From positions 80,119 to 144,118 of the forward strand of contig JBGSVZ010000027.1 of NCBI GenBank assembly GCA_041752695.1: a DNA stretch of 64,000 nucleotides, written 5' to 3'. This DNA is from Terrimicrobiaceae bacterium (GTDB lineage: Bacteria > Verrucomicrobiota > Verrucomicrobiia > Chthoniobacterales > Terrimicrobiaceae). The notes beneath the pieces were generated by a model. It had not been told where the DNA came from and ran no database searches. It saw nothing but the letters and a program-made list of their open reading frames with translations. The position numbers and the translations under genes were made by a program. Below are positions 9,240 to 18,700 of the stretch, piece after piece (the stretch's first letter is position 1; the number at the start of each line of letters is the position of its first letter).

Positions 9240-12200
9240 TCAGTGAAACTTCTGGAACGCTGCGAGAGTGACGTCGTTCTTCTTGCACCACTCGATGGCG
9301 CGGCGGTCGCCGCCCTTGGCCGCTTTGATATACCATTCTTTGGCGGCGGTTCCGTCCTTGGCGACTCCCACCCCGCCTTCCAAGCACATGGCAAAATAGA
9401 ACATACAGGACGGGTTGCCTTTTTCCGCGCCATCCTTGAAGAGCGAGGCGGCCTTCTTCTCGTCTTTGGCAACGCCCTGACCATTGATGTAAAGTACGCC
9501 AAGGTTCCCTTGGGCATCGAGAAACCCGAGCTCCGTTGCCCGGGAAAAAAGTCGGAAGGATTCGGCATAATTGGGCTCCATCAATCCCGGCACGCCCTTC
9601 CGGTAGACATTTCCGAGTAGGTCCAGGGCACGGACGTTGTTCAGGACGGATGCGGCATTGAGAAGGTCGATCGCCCGTTTGGGATCCTTATCGACCCCTT
9701 TGCCGAAGAGATAACACTCGCCAAGGGCAAACATCCCATCCGTGTCGCCGCCGTCGGAAGCTTTGGTAAACCAATTTACGGCCGCCGGAAGGTCGGGGGC
9801 GGAAGACCCGCGACCGCTGGCCAGCATCTTTCCGGCGGTCACCATGGCCTCGGTCTGTCCCTGATTGGCCGCGGCCAAAAACCATTTCAACGCATCGCCC
9901 GGATCCGTTTCCAGCAGGCTCTCGCCGAGCATCATCTGCGCGGAGCGTGTGTTGAGCGAGGCCGCGCGTTCGAGGGGCTGTCGGAGCGCGGCAATCTCGC
10001 CGGGGGACATTTTGTCGGAGCGCGCCTGCACGCTCGCCGCGATGTTTTCCATCGCGATGTAGGCTTCTTTTTGGTCCGGATATTTGGCGGCGATGGTGGC
10101 GAACAGTTCCAAGGCGCCCGCGATATTATCCTGCATCTGCAAACCTTTCGCGGAGGCAATCAGCTCGTCGTAGTCGCTTTTTCGCGGGACCACCTTAACC
10201 GTCGGCTCGGGGGTGGGCTCGGGGTTGGGTTCTTTGATGGAAGCGACGACCTCGGTCGAATCCGCGGGCTCGGGCGTCGCGGCGGTCACTTGCGGATCGT
10301 CCGTCCCGGTTTTAACAGGGGACTGCATCCTTTGAAAAAAGGCCACGCCCTGCCAGATCGCGATGCCGCCCAGAAGGACAATGGCCAGGCCGACGGCGGC
10401 CAGAATGACCGGCAGCTTCGACTTCGGCCCGGCGACAGGCGCGATGGTCTGGGGAATCGGGGGCGGTGTTGTCCGTTTCGGCGGAACCGGAGCGGCGGGG
10501 GCCGCAACCCGAGATGGCGTGGCGGCCGTGGTGGCGGCTGGTGTGGCCTCGGCGAGTTGGGCGACAAATTCGCCGACGGTGTCAAAGCCCTGTGACGGAT
10601 TCATCGCCTTGCGCAGCGCAGCGTTGCCGCTTTCGGAAAGACCGGGAATCGGCACGTAGCCGCCGATCGAACTCCCGCCGCGCACGCCGCCCAGCATTTC
10701 ATAAGCGAGCGTCGCCACGGAAAACACATACGCGCTGGTCGGGTTGCCCGCGAACGCTCCCGTCTGCTTCATCATGGCAAAAGGCGTCGCCACCATTGTG
10801 GCTTCGGCCGAGAGAGGTACGCCTCCGGAAATCGCCAGCGGCAGGAACCGCGGCAGACAACCCGGAGCGATCGCCTTTGCGGTATCCACGCCAGTCAATA
10901 CCACTTCGTGCGCGGCGATATCCGGGCAGCTTAGTTGTGCCGCGGCAAGTTCGTCGAAGGCCGCGGCGAGCGGCTTGAGCAGGTTGACCGCCTCGGCGAT
11001 CGGCAGCGAGCGACGCGTCCGGAGAAGGTCCAGCAAGACGGGTCCCCCCACCCATTCAAGCGTGAGGAAGCTGCTGGAATGGGCGCGCTCCAGGGAAAAG
11101 ATCTTCTGAAACGCCGCGTGCCGGAGAGCCTGCAGCGCCATCACGTCATTCTCCAGTCGCGTAAAGGACTCCGAGCTGGTGAACTGGTTTTCGTGAAGGA
11201 TGAGCACCGCGAGAATCGTTTGATCCTCGATGCGTTCCGCGCGGAACATCCGCCCGTGATCCGAGGCTGTGACCTCGTTGAGCAAGCGATATTGACCGGC
11301 AAAAATCGCACCCGACACCGCCTCGGGTTGGTCGGTGAGCGGCTCGGGCATCACGGTGGTTTCGAACGCGTCGGCCTCGGTGGGAACGGCCCGCGGAGAA
11401 AATTGTGTGCCGGTCTGGACCGCCGCCATGCAGGCGTCAATCTCACGACGGAGTTCTGCCGGGGTTTGCGGGCGGGCTTCGGGACCCTTGGCCATCATGT
11501 GCCGCAGCAGGGTGATTACTTCCGGGGCCTGACCCTCCAGCGATTCAAAAGGAGGTTCACGATGCAGGTGCTGACTCATTACCTGCGCGAGCGAACCGCT
11601 GAACGGCGTGCGTCCCGCCAGCATGAACCAAAGCGTCACCCCGAGCGAATAGATGTCCGACCGCACATCGATCTCGCGTTCGTCGAGCTGTTCAGGGCTG
11701 GCGAAATGGGGCGTGCCGAGAAATCCGCCCGCGGTGAGCGAGGCGTTGTCCTCGCCGGTGGCGGAACTTTTCGCCAGACCAAAGTCGATCACCTTCACCG
11801 TGAAATCTTCGTCCTCGCGCACGAGCATGAGGTTGGAGGGTTTGATATCGCGATGAACGAGACCCTGCTTTTGCGCGGCGCCCAGCGCGCGGCTCACCTG
11901 GGCAGCGACCTCCAGTGCCATCAACGTCGGCACGGCGCCCTCGCGTTTCATGAAGGCCTCGACGGTCTCGCCATCGACAAACTCCATGGCGTAGAAATAA
12001 TTGTCATCCTCGCTCCCGAGATGGAACACCGTCGCCACATTCGGATGCCGCAACGCCGCCGCCGCCCGCGCCTCGCGCAGGAACCGCTGCTGCGCCACCT
12101 CGCTGTTGAGGTAGGCTGCGTTGATCACCTTGAGCGCCACGTGGCAGCGCAGGTTGGTGTCGAAGGCTTTGTAGGTAATACCCATCGCCCCGCGGCCCAG

Positions 12201-12266
12201 CTCAAAAAGCGAACCATCGTCCTTTCGCAGAACTTCAAAATGCTGGAACCGTACCTCGTCCGCCAT
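9240..12266 (-). CDS. Hanks-type Ser/Thr kinase with a second degenerate kinase domain, Pro-rich linker, TM helix and C-terminal Sel1 repeats
   Basis: GRGAMG, VALK, HRDIKPSN, DFG; TM LPVILAAVGLAIVLLGGIAIW; Sel1 repeats such as AQGNLGVLYINGQGVAKD; ATG at 12266 preferred. Confidence 0.92.
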   Translation of the reverse strand: MADEVRFQHFEVLRKDDGSLFELGRGAMGITYKAFDTNLRCHVALKVINAAYLNSEVAQQRFLREARAAAALRHPNVATVFHLGSEDDNYFYAMEFVDGETVEAFMKREGAVPTLMALEVAAQVSRALGAAQKQGLVHRDIKPSNLMLVREDEDFTVKVIDFGLAKSSATGEDNASLTAGGFLGTPHFASPEQLDEREIDVRSDIYSLGVTLWFMLAGRTPFSGSLAQVMSQHLHREPPFESLEGQAPEVITLLRHMMAKGPEARPQTPAELRREIDACMAAVQTGTQFSPRAVPTEADAFETTVMPEPLTDQPEAVSGAIFAGQYRLLNEVTASDHGRMFRAERIEDQTILAVLILHENQFTSSESFTRLENDVMALQALRHAAFQKIFSLERAHSSSFLTLEWVGGPVLLDLLRTRRSLPIAEAVNLLKPLAAAFDELAAAQLSCPDIAAHEVVLTGVDTAKAIAPGCLPRFLPLAISGGVPLSAEATMVATPFAMMKQTGAFAGNPTSAYVFSVATLAYEMLGGVRGGSSIGGYVPIPGLSESGNAALRKAMNPSQGFDTVGEFVAQLAEATPAATTAATPSRVAAPAAPVPPKRTTPPPIPQTIAPVAGPKSKLPVILAAVGLAIVLLGGIAIWQGVAFFQRMQSPVKTGTDDPQVTAATPEPADSTEVVASIKEPNPEPTPEPTVKVVPRKSDYDELIASAKGLQMQDNIAGALELFATIAAKYPDQKEAYIAMENIAASVQARSDKMSPGEIAALRQPLERAASLNTRSAQMMLGESLLETDPGDALKWFLAAANQGQTEAMVTAGKMLASGRGSSAPDLPAAVNWFTKASDGGDTDGMFALGECYLFGKGVDKDPKRAIDLLNAASVLNNVRALDLLGNVYRKGVPGLMEPNYAESFRLFSRATELGFLDAQGNLGVLYINGQGVAKDEKKAASLFKDGAEKGNPSCMFYFAMCLEGGVGVAKDGTAAKEWYIKAAKGGDRRAIEWCKKNDVTLAAFQKFH

Positions 12267-12327
12267 GTGCCAGTGTGATGTATGCGACCGGGGGCAAAAT
12301 GACAACCCCCGGGGTAGATCAGAAAAT

Positions 12328-12402
12328 CTTCCTCTTCCCCTTACTCTCCTCGAATGAGCGCGGGGTGTAAGGGTAAGTGCAGGACTACGTGTAGGTGGAG
12401 GA
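12328..12402. repeat. Imperfect pyrimidine/purine palindromic intergenic element, similar to 48456-48527
   Basis: CTTCCTCTTCCCCTTACTCT...GAATGAG...GTAAGGGTAAGTGCAGGA...GTAGGTGGAGGA with hexamer-like periodicity. Confidence 0.35.
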
Positions 12403-12415
12403 GCCGGAAAAGCCC

Positions 12416-13240
12416 ATGAAACCCCCTCCCTGGTGGCAGTGGCCGAACATTCTCAGCCTCGACGCGCCGAGTATCGCGGTGATCTGGCAGGAAGCCTTTG
12501 CGCGCGCTTTTGGAGCCTCGGTTTCCCCACCGGAACGGGCCGTGCTTTTTCTCGCGGTCTGGTGTGTGTATGCCGCCGACCATGTGGCCGACGGACTCCG
12601 CCTGGGTGCACCAGCGGACGCCACCGCCCGCCACCGTTTCGCCTATCAACACCGCTTCGTTTTTAGTGGCTTGGTCTTTGTGGCCGGCCTCAGCGCATTG
12701 ACTCTCGTTCCTGCACTGCCCCTGCGGGTGACCCTTGGCGGCGCCCTACTCACCGGGATCGTTGGCGTCTATTTTCTCTGGAACCATTTCGCCGGGGAAA
12801 AACTGGCGCGGCAATGGGCCAAGGAATTTATCATTGGTTTGGTCTTTGCCACAGGCTGTGCGCTTGTGCCCCTCCTCGCCGCGCCGGAACCGCTGCGGCT
12901 TTTCCCCACCGCCCTCTTTGCCTTGGTCTGCATGGCAAACTGCCTCCTTATCGCCCGCCTCGACCGGGACCGCGACATCCGTCGCGGCGAAAGCTCACTT
13001 GCGGTTTGCCTCTCGCCGCGAAGCCGTCCGGCCCGCGTGATCGCTGCCATGGCCGGAATGGCGGCACTGGCCCTCCTCCCGATCTGGCCAGCCCTTGCCA
13101 CCCCGCTTGCTTTAAGTGCGCTCGGCCTTTGGTGCGCTGTCTTCCTCGAACGAAAATTCGGCGCTGATCTTGCCGCGGTCTGGGCCGACGCCGTGCTGCT
13201 GAGCCCTCTCCTGGTCTTCGCGCTGCGCCGTGGAACGTAA
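12416..13240 (+). CDS. Multi-pass membrane protein (UbiA prenyltransferase-like)
   Basis: About 8 hydrophobic segments; YAADHVAD and DRDRD acidic motifs. Confidence 0.7.
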   Translation: MKPPPWWQWPNILSLDAPSIAVIWQEAFARAFGASVSPPERAVLFLAVWCVYAADHVADGLRLGAPADATARHRFAYQHRFVFSGLVFVAGLSALTLVPALPLRVTLGGALLTGIVGVYFLWNHFAGEKLARQWAKEFIIGLVFATGCALVPLLAAPEPLRLFPTALFALVCMANCLLIARLDRDRDIRRGESSLAVCLSPRSRPARVIAAMAGMAALALLPIWPALATPLALSALGLWCAVFLERKFGADLAAVWADAVLLSPLLVFALRRGT

Positions 13241-13296
13241 AGCCCACCCTCACTCCGAACTTGCGCCGCCCGCCTTGGACTGTTACGCGCCAAAGG

Positions 13297-13737
13297 GTGA
13301 AAATTTTCTCCCTCCTTGCCTTAGCCTGTATCCTACTTTCCGGCTGCGCCACGACTCCCGTCGCCAAGACCGGCACCACCACTGCCGTCAATTCCAATCC
13401 CTACGCCATCGTGAGCTCCGCCCAATCGGTCTTCGCCAACAGCGGCTACTCGGCGGGGCCAACGGATTTTCCGAACTCCGTTTCCTTTGACAAACCCTCG
13501 GGCGCCCTCGGCAAAATCATGTACGGCAGCTACGACCAGACCACGACGACGCGCTGCACCATGACGATCACGCAGATCCCCGGCACCAGCGATTACCGGC
13601 TTGGCGCTCGGGCCTCAACGGTGCAGGACGCTGGCGAGGCCGGGTTTGAAAGCGGCCGGCCGATCGTGTTCGACGACCAGTTTAACCCCCTCCTCCGGCA
13701 GATCGCCGCCCAGGCGAGCAATGCGGGGCCGATGTAG
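13297..13737 (+). CDS. Hypothetical lipoprotein
   Basis: GTG start; KIFSLLALACILLSGC lipobox. Confidence 0.75.
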   Translation: MKIFSLLALACILLSGCATTPVAKTGTTTAVNSNPYAIVSSAQSVFANSGYSAGPTDFPNSVSFDKPSGALGKIMYGSYDQTTTTRCTMTITQIPGTSDYRLGARASTVQDAGEAGFESGRPIVFDDQFNPLLRQIAAQASNAGPM

Positions 13738-13749
13738 GAAGATGGATCT

Positions 13750-13774
13750 ACAGAAGGTCACGAAGGAAACTAAG
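13750..13774 (+). repeat. 25-bp intergenic repeat, copy 1 (ACAGAAGGnnACGAAGrrAACkAAG)
   Basis: Related copies at 57770-57794 and 61490-61514. Confidence 0.7.
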
Positions 13775-13945
13775 AGGAGGGAAAATCGTCCACCCTCAAC
13801 ATCCATGATGACCCGGCGGCGCTGAAGGTTCTCCAAGACGATATCCAACATGAAAAGAATGTTCTGCAAAACTGGTGGGTCCGGCTTGGCACCACGGCCG
13901 GCCTGAGAGACGCTCTCGCCGTGTGAACCACCCACAGCCCCGGCG

Positions 13946-15040
13946 ATGAATTTTGACCCTGCCAGCCCTTACGACGCGCTGCCGCTCTTGCCGCCCGACA
14001 TGGACACGGAAACGGCCCCTGTCCTCAAGCAGTGCCTCAGGGCCACTCGCGCGCTGGCCGAACTCAAAGGCGCGGGAGGCCTCATTCCGGACCAGGCGAT
14101 ATTGATCAACGCCGTTCCCTTGCAGGAAGCGCAGGCCAGTTCCGAGATTGAAAACATCTTCACCACCCAGGATTCCCTCTTCCGCGCCGCGATTGATGAA
14201 TCCAAGCCGGCGGACCCGCAGACCAAGGAGGTCTTGCGTTACCGCACGGCCCTTCGCCACGGCTACGAATCCCTGAAGGACCGCCGATTTTCCATCGGCC
14301 TGCTCCAGGATGTCTGCTCGACCTTGCGGGACGAAGCCGTCGATTTCCGCCGACCGGGCGAAGATGTCTATATCGGAAATCCCGAGGCCAAAACAAAACG
14401 CTACACCCCGCCACGCGGCGGACCGGTCGTCCGCGAAAAGCTGGCCAACCTTGAGGCCTACCTGCTCGCCGAGGAGGGTCCCGACCCGCTCATTCGCATG
14501 GCCGTCGCCCACTATCAGTTTGAAGCCATCCACCCGTTCACCGATGGAAACGGCCGCACCGGGCGCATTCTCAACATTCTCTATCTCATCCAAGCGGGCC
14601 TGCTCGACATCCCGGTCCTCTACCTGAGCCGCTACCTTATCCAACACAAGGCGGAGTATTACCGCACACTCCAACAGGTGACCGCCGGGCAAGCGTGGGA
14701 GGCCTGGATCCGTTTCATGCTGCAAGGCGTCGAAGAAACCGCCCGCTGGACCACGGACATGATCCGCTCCATCCGCGCACTTCTCGACGATACCATCCAG
14801 CGCGCCCGCCGCGATGCGCCCACCGTTTCCCACACCAAGGAACTCATCGAGCTCCTCTTCCGTCAGCCGTATTGCAAAATCGCCTTCGTGGTTGAAGCGG
14901 GTATTGCCAAACGCCAGACCGCCGCCGCCTATCTACAGGCCTTGGAAGACGCGGGCATTATCACCAGCGAAACCGTTGGACGCGAACGCCTCTTCCTCAA
15001 TCCCGCCCTCCTGGAGCTGCTCAAGACTGGGAAATTATAG
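13946..15040 (+). CDS. Fic family protein adenylyltransferase (class II, SoFic-like, C-terminal wHTH)
   Basis: Canonical HPFTDGNGRTGR; N-terminal inhibitory SSEIEN motif. Confidence 0.93.
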   Translation: MNFDPASPYDALPLLPPDMDTETAPVLKQCLRATRALAELKGAGGLIPDQAILINAVPLQEAQASSEIENIFTTQDSLFRAAIDESKPADPQTKEVLRYRTALRHGYESLKDRRFSIGLLQDVCSTLRDEAVDFRRPGEDVYIGNPEAKTKRYTPPRGGPVVREKLANLEAYLLAEEGPDPLIRMAVAHYQFEAIHPFTDGNGRTGRILNILYLIQAGLLDIPVLYLSRYLIQHKAEYYRTLQQVTAGQAWEAWIRFMLQGVEETARWTTDMIRSIRALLDDTIQRARRDAPTVSHTKELIELLFRQPYCKIAFVVEAGIAKRQTAAAYLQALEDAGIITSETVGRERLFLNPALLELLKTGKL

Positions 15041-15224
15041 CCGGTCCTGTCGGAGTTGCGCCAAATGCAATGTGTCGATTTTTAATGAAGAAATCGACAT
15101 GATTTTCGAACGTGTCGAACGAATCGACCGGTCCCCACCTTTTGTCGATTTTCGTCCCACCTTTCGACATGTCACCAAAACGTGTGGATTTGATCGACCC
15201 ATCGGCGGGAAAATTCCTCGCGAG

Positions 15225-15662
15225 TTATTCGTGGATAAAAAACGCGTCCCCCGCCTCTGCACCGTCCTCCACCATCGGCACCTCGATGGCCAGCAGCGCA
15301 TCCAGGGCCGCGTCAAACTCCTCTTGTTCGACCGGAAATTCGATATCGTTTTGCAGGACGGAAAACAGGCCCTCGTGAGATACCCGCAGCTTGTCGATGT
15401 GGAGGAGCTGGTAGCGTTCGATCACCTCCACGATTCGGTAGGTCAGCAAGGAGGGGGCTTCGGCTTCTGTCACCCGCCAGACAAAATGCTGCAGGTCCTC
15501 GCCCTCATCGCCCGAAAGGTCAACCACCTCGCTATCTGCCGCAAACCGGATCGCGCCCGTCACCGCATCCGCTTGCTCCACATAGTCGACAATCTCCGCC
15601 GCGCCCAGCGCCCCAAGAAACGCCTCCAAAAATTGTCGTCGTGCCGAATTCATGCCCGCCAT
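15225..15662 (-). CDS. Acidic hypothetical protein
   Basis: 145-aa ORF with protein-like composition; no recognised family. Confidence 0.7.
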   Translation of the reverse strand: MAGMNSARRQFLEAFLGALGAAEIVDYVEQADAVTGAIRFAADSEVVDLSGDEGEDLQHFVWRVTEAEAPSLLTYRIVEVIERYQLLHIDKLRVSHEGLFSVLQNDIEFPVEQEEFDAALDALLAIEVPMVEDGAEAGDAFFIHE

Positions 15663-15722
15663 TGAAGATCAGAAAGACCCGCTTTGGCCAATCTTGAGAT
15701 TCCCGCGAGAGCGGGATTCCCT

Positions 15723-15911
15723 TCAGTCCCCTTTTGGCACCTTCCGCGGATGCGGCCGGTACCGCTTGAGTTCCCGCGGCACTGCGGGCCGGGGCGGCCG
15801 GGCTTCCACCACCGGCTCCATCCTGGCAATGTCGCTTTGCCATCCGGGAATAATGGCCGCCATCTCCCGCTCAAAACGAATTTCCAAACCTGTCGGATGC
15901 TCCGGTGTCAT
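15723..15911 (-). CDS. Possible small hypothetical protein
   Basis: 62-aa ATG ORF co-oriented with its neighbours; weak support. Confidence 0.3.
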   Translation of the reverse strand: MTPEHPTGLEIRFEREMAAIIPGWQSDIARMEPVVEARPPRPAVPRELKRYRPHPRKVPKGD

Positions 15912-16257
15912 GGCCTAAAAATTCGCCACAACCACGCGGATTTCCACATTTTTCTCCACCGGGCCCGGACATCTCTCGTGCTCGGGTGTAACGCCCAACT
16001 TTTCGCCGGGCGGACCCATCCGATTCACCCCGTCCCTTCGAATCTCCAGAGTGAAAGCAGCCCGGATCCAATCGCCCTTTTCGTGTGAAAATTTTGCCTT
16101 GCGCAAAGGGGACCGGCGTCCGCCGGCTCGGACATTTTCCCGCAACGAAATCACCTTTCCTTCGAGTCTGACGGATCGCGGAAAGCGGATTCAAGAGAGA
16201 GTCTGGGAACTCATCCGGGCCCAAGCCTGAGAGTCCAGGTCTGCGCCTCTCGTCGCT

Positions 16258-17583
16258 TCAAAACTCCAGGCCGAAATGCAGGCCAAGCACGGTGGCATTT
16301 TGCACGAGTCCCGTGCCGCCGGGACGGATGAGGTATTGGAGAAAGGGCTGTACGAATGCCCACTTGTTCAGCTGCACACGATAATCCACCTCCGCCACCG
16401 CTTCGTAAGTCTGGTGGGTCGTGCGCTCCGCGCGGTAGTCCGCCTGGATTTTGTCGTAGCTGTAGTTGCCGAGGGCAAAGGCCACGCCGGCCTGATCCTG
16501 ATCGCGCGTCGGAATGAGGCCCTTGTAAATCAGCCCGGACTGAAAATAAAATGGCATCGCGTTGTTGGTGGGCGGCGCAAAGTTGAAAAAGGAAAACCAC
16601 CGCAGGCCCTGTTCATTCCTCACCGGCTTGATGGGATTTTTTCCGCCGGGAGGGGGCTCCACCGTGGGCTCGCGCCAGACCATCTGGTCGGCCTGCCCGT
16701 AGAATCCATAACGCCCGTCGGACGCCCCGCCGGAGTAGGTCGTATTTTCAATGCCCCAATAATACCCCCCGATGGCGTATTTGCCCGGAAGTTCGTCGCG
16801 GCCTAAGCGCGGGGTCACGCCGGTTTCCGCCAAGACAAACCAGCCATTACGATCGGCGGGCCGGGCACCTTGGAGGTACAGGCCGTGATTGGCCGTGTTG
16901 GTGGCACCGGGGATGGCCAGATAGAGACCCGCCTGCGCGTAAAACCAATCCGACGGTTTGACTTTGGCATACCCTCCCCAGGCCGCATAGCTTGAGGACC
17001 ACCCGACGCCGTTGGCGCTGATGCCCTTGCTGCTGATGATGGCGTTGTTCCGAAAAAACTTGGCGTCAGGTTGCTGCGCGAAGATTTCATACGGGTCCTG
17101 CCAGCCGCCGGAGAGGGTGAGAAATTTTTTCACGCCAAAAAGTTCGGGGGTGGTGTAGGTGAGATAAAACGGCATGAGGCGCCACTGTTTGCCACTTTGA
17201 TACGTGGAGGGATTAAACGTGCTGGAAGCGCCGACGTAGTTGTTCACGCTGGTCCCGTCCCGGTAGCGCACGGCGGCGTTGGCGGTGAGGCCATCCAGAA
17301 CCTCCCACCCGGTGAGCCGGGCAAAGTCCAGTTTGAGATCAAAATGGAGCGATTGGTCAAAAGCCCCGCGCTGTTCGAGTCCGCCCGAAACGACGCCGTA
17401 AAACGTGCCCAGCCATTTTCCTGTGAGATCGATCCCGTGGTCCTTCAATTCCGGTCGCAGGCCAAACCACTCGCCGGAGGCCCTTTCGCCCGCCCACCTG
17501 GCCCGGACGGCAGGGGCGTTTTCCTGAGAGTAGGCGAAGGGAAGGAGGGTCAGTGAGGCGGCGGCCAGAGCGGCGAGTTTCAT
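16258..17583 (-). CDS. Carbohydrate-selective porin, OprB family
   Basis: Signal peptide; GEWFGLRPELKDHGI; YGQADQMVW; QPFLQYLIRPGG; terminal Phe. Confidence 0.9.
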   Translation of the reverse strand: MKLAALAAASLTLLPFAYSQENAPAVRARWAGERASGEWFGLRPELKDHGIDLTGKWLGTFYGVVSGGLEQRGAFDQSLHFDLKLDFARLTGWEVLDGLTANAAVRYRDGTSVNNYVGASSTFNPSTYQSGKQWRLMPFYLTYTTPELFGVKKFLTLSGGWQDPYEIFAQQPDAKFFRNNAIISSKGISANGVGWSSSYAAWGGYAKVKPSDWFYAQAGLYLAIPGATNTANHGLYLQGARPADRNGWFVLAETGVTPRLGRDELPGKYAIGGYYWGIENTTYSGGASDGRYGFYGQADQMVWREPTVEPPPGGKNPIKPVRNEQGLRWFSFFNFAPPTNNAMPFYFQSGLIYKGLIPTRDQDQAGVAFALGNYSYDKIQADYRAERTTHQTYEAVAEVDYRVQLNKWAFVQPFLQYLIRPGGTGLVQNATVLGLHFGLEF

Positions 17584-17727
17584 GAAAGTTTGCCCGTTAT
17601 CCTATCGGCGGCAAAAATGGCCACGTCCCGGATTTTGCCAATGTTGCACCCAATTCCCCGGAAGTTTGGCCGGGAAAATTCCCCTGTAAAACCGGAAGAA
17701 GACCTGCGAATCATTGGAAAGGTTTCC

Positions 17728-18648
17728 ATGGCATCCATCGTCAAATCGCTCCGCGCGCTCTCCGATCCCACCCGGCTTCGCCTTTTGCTCCTGCTGATCG
17801 AGGAGGAACTGACGGTCGCCGAATTGCAGGAAATTCTCGGCATGGGGCAATCACGGATTTCCGCCAGCCTGGCCCTGTTGAAACGCGAGGGACTGGCCAG
17901 CGACCGGCGGGTGGGGAAAAATATTTTCTACTCCGCGCGGCCCGAGTCCGTCTCCGTCCTCCGTCCGATCCTGGATGCCGCGCGACGCGAACTCGACGAG
18001 GCCGCCCGGGATAATGCGGGCCTTAGCCTCGCCCTGCGCAAACGCAAGGACAAGGCCGCCGAATATTTCAACAAACTCGCCGGAAAATTTGGCCGCACCT
18101 ACATTCCAGGCCGTTCCTGGCAGGCCCTCGCCCACGGTCTGCTTCGCCTGCTTCCGCCCATGATCATTGCGGACCTCGGTGCGGGCGAGGGCATGCTTTC
18201 GCAGCTGCTCGCCAAGTCTGCCCGGAAAGTCATCGCCATCGACAGCTCGGAAAAGATGGTGGAGTTCGGCGCAGCGCTGGCGCGCGAACACGGCTTTAAG
18301 AATCTCGAATACCGTCTCGGCGATATCGAGAAGCCACCCATTGATGACGAGAGTGTGGACGTCGCGCTCTTCAGTCAGGCGCTGCATCACGCCGCGAGTC
18401 CGCAGCGTGCGGTCAAAGCCGCGCAGCGGATCCTGCGTGAAGGCGGACGCATCATCATCCTCGATCTGGCGAGCCATAGCTACGAACAGGCCCGCGACCT
18501 GTATGCCCATGTCTGGATGGGATTTTCCGAAGTGGAACTTCACCAGATGCTGAAAACCGCCGGATTTTCCCGCATTGAAGTGACCGTGGTGGCGCGCGAA
18601 AAACAGGCCCCGCATTTCCAGACCCTCCTCGCCACCGCCACCAAATAA
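17728..18648 (+). CDS. ArsR-family HTH fused to a class I SAM-binding/methyltransferase domain (SahR-like)
   Basis: LRALSDPTRLRLL...ELQEILGMGQSRIS; ADLGAGEG; QALHH. Confidence 0.88.
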   Translation: MASIVKSLRALSDPTRLRLLLLLIEEELTVAELQEILGMGQSRISASLALLKREGLASDRRVGKNIFYSARPESVSVLRPILDAARRELDEAARDNAGLSLALRKRKDKAAEYFNKLAGKFGRTYIPGRSWQALAHGLLRLLPPMIIADLGAGEGMLSQLLAKSARKVIAIDSSEKMVEFGAALAREHGFKNLEYRLGDIEKPPIDDESVDVALFSQALHHAASPQRAVKAAQRILREGGRIIILDLASHSYEQARDLYAHVWMGFSEVELHQMLKTAGFSRIEVTVVAREKQAPHFQTLLATATK

Positions 18649-18700
18649 TTTGACGGGGCGGCCCCCCGGCCGGATGGTACGGGTGGTGACTCCCCTCCGC

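Noticed and set aside
10935..12278. 447-aa plus-strand ORF
   Set aside because: Shadow of the Ser/Thr kinase; no motifs of its own.
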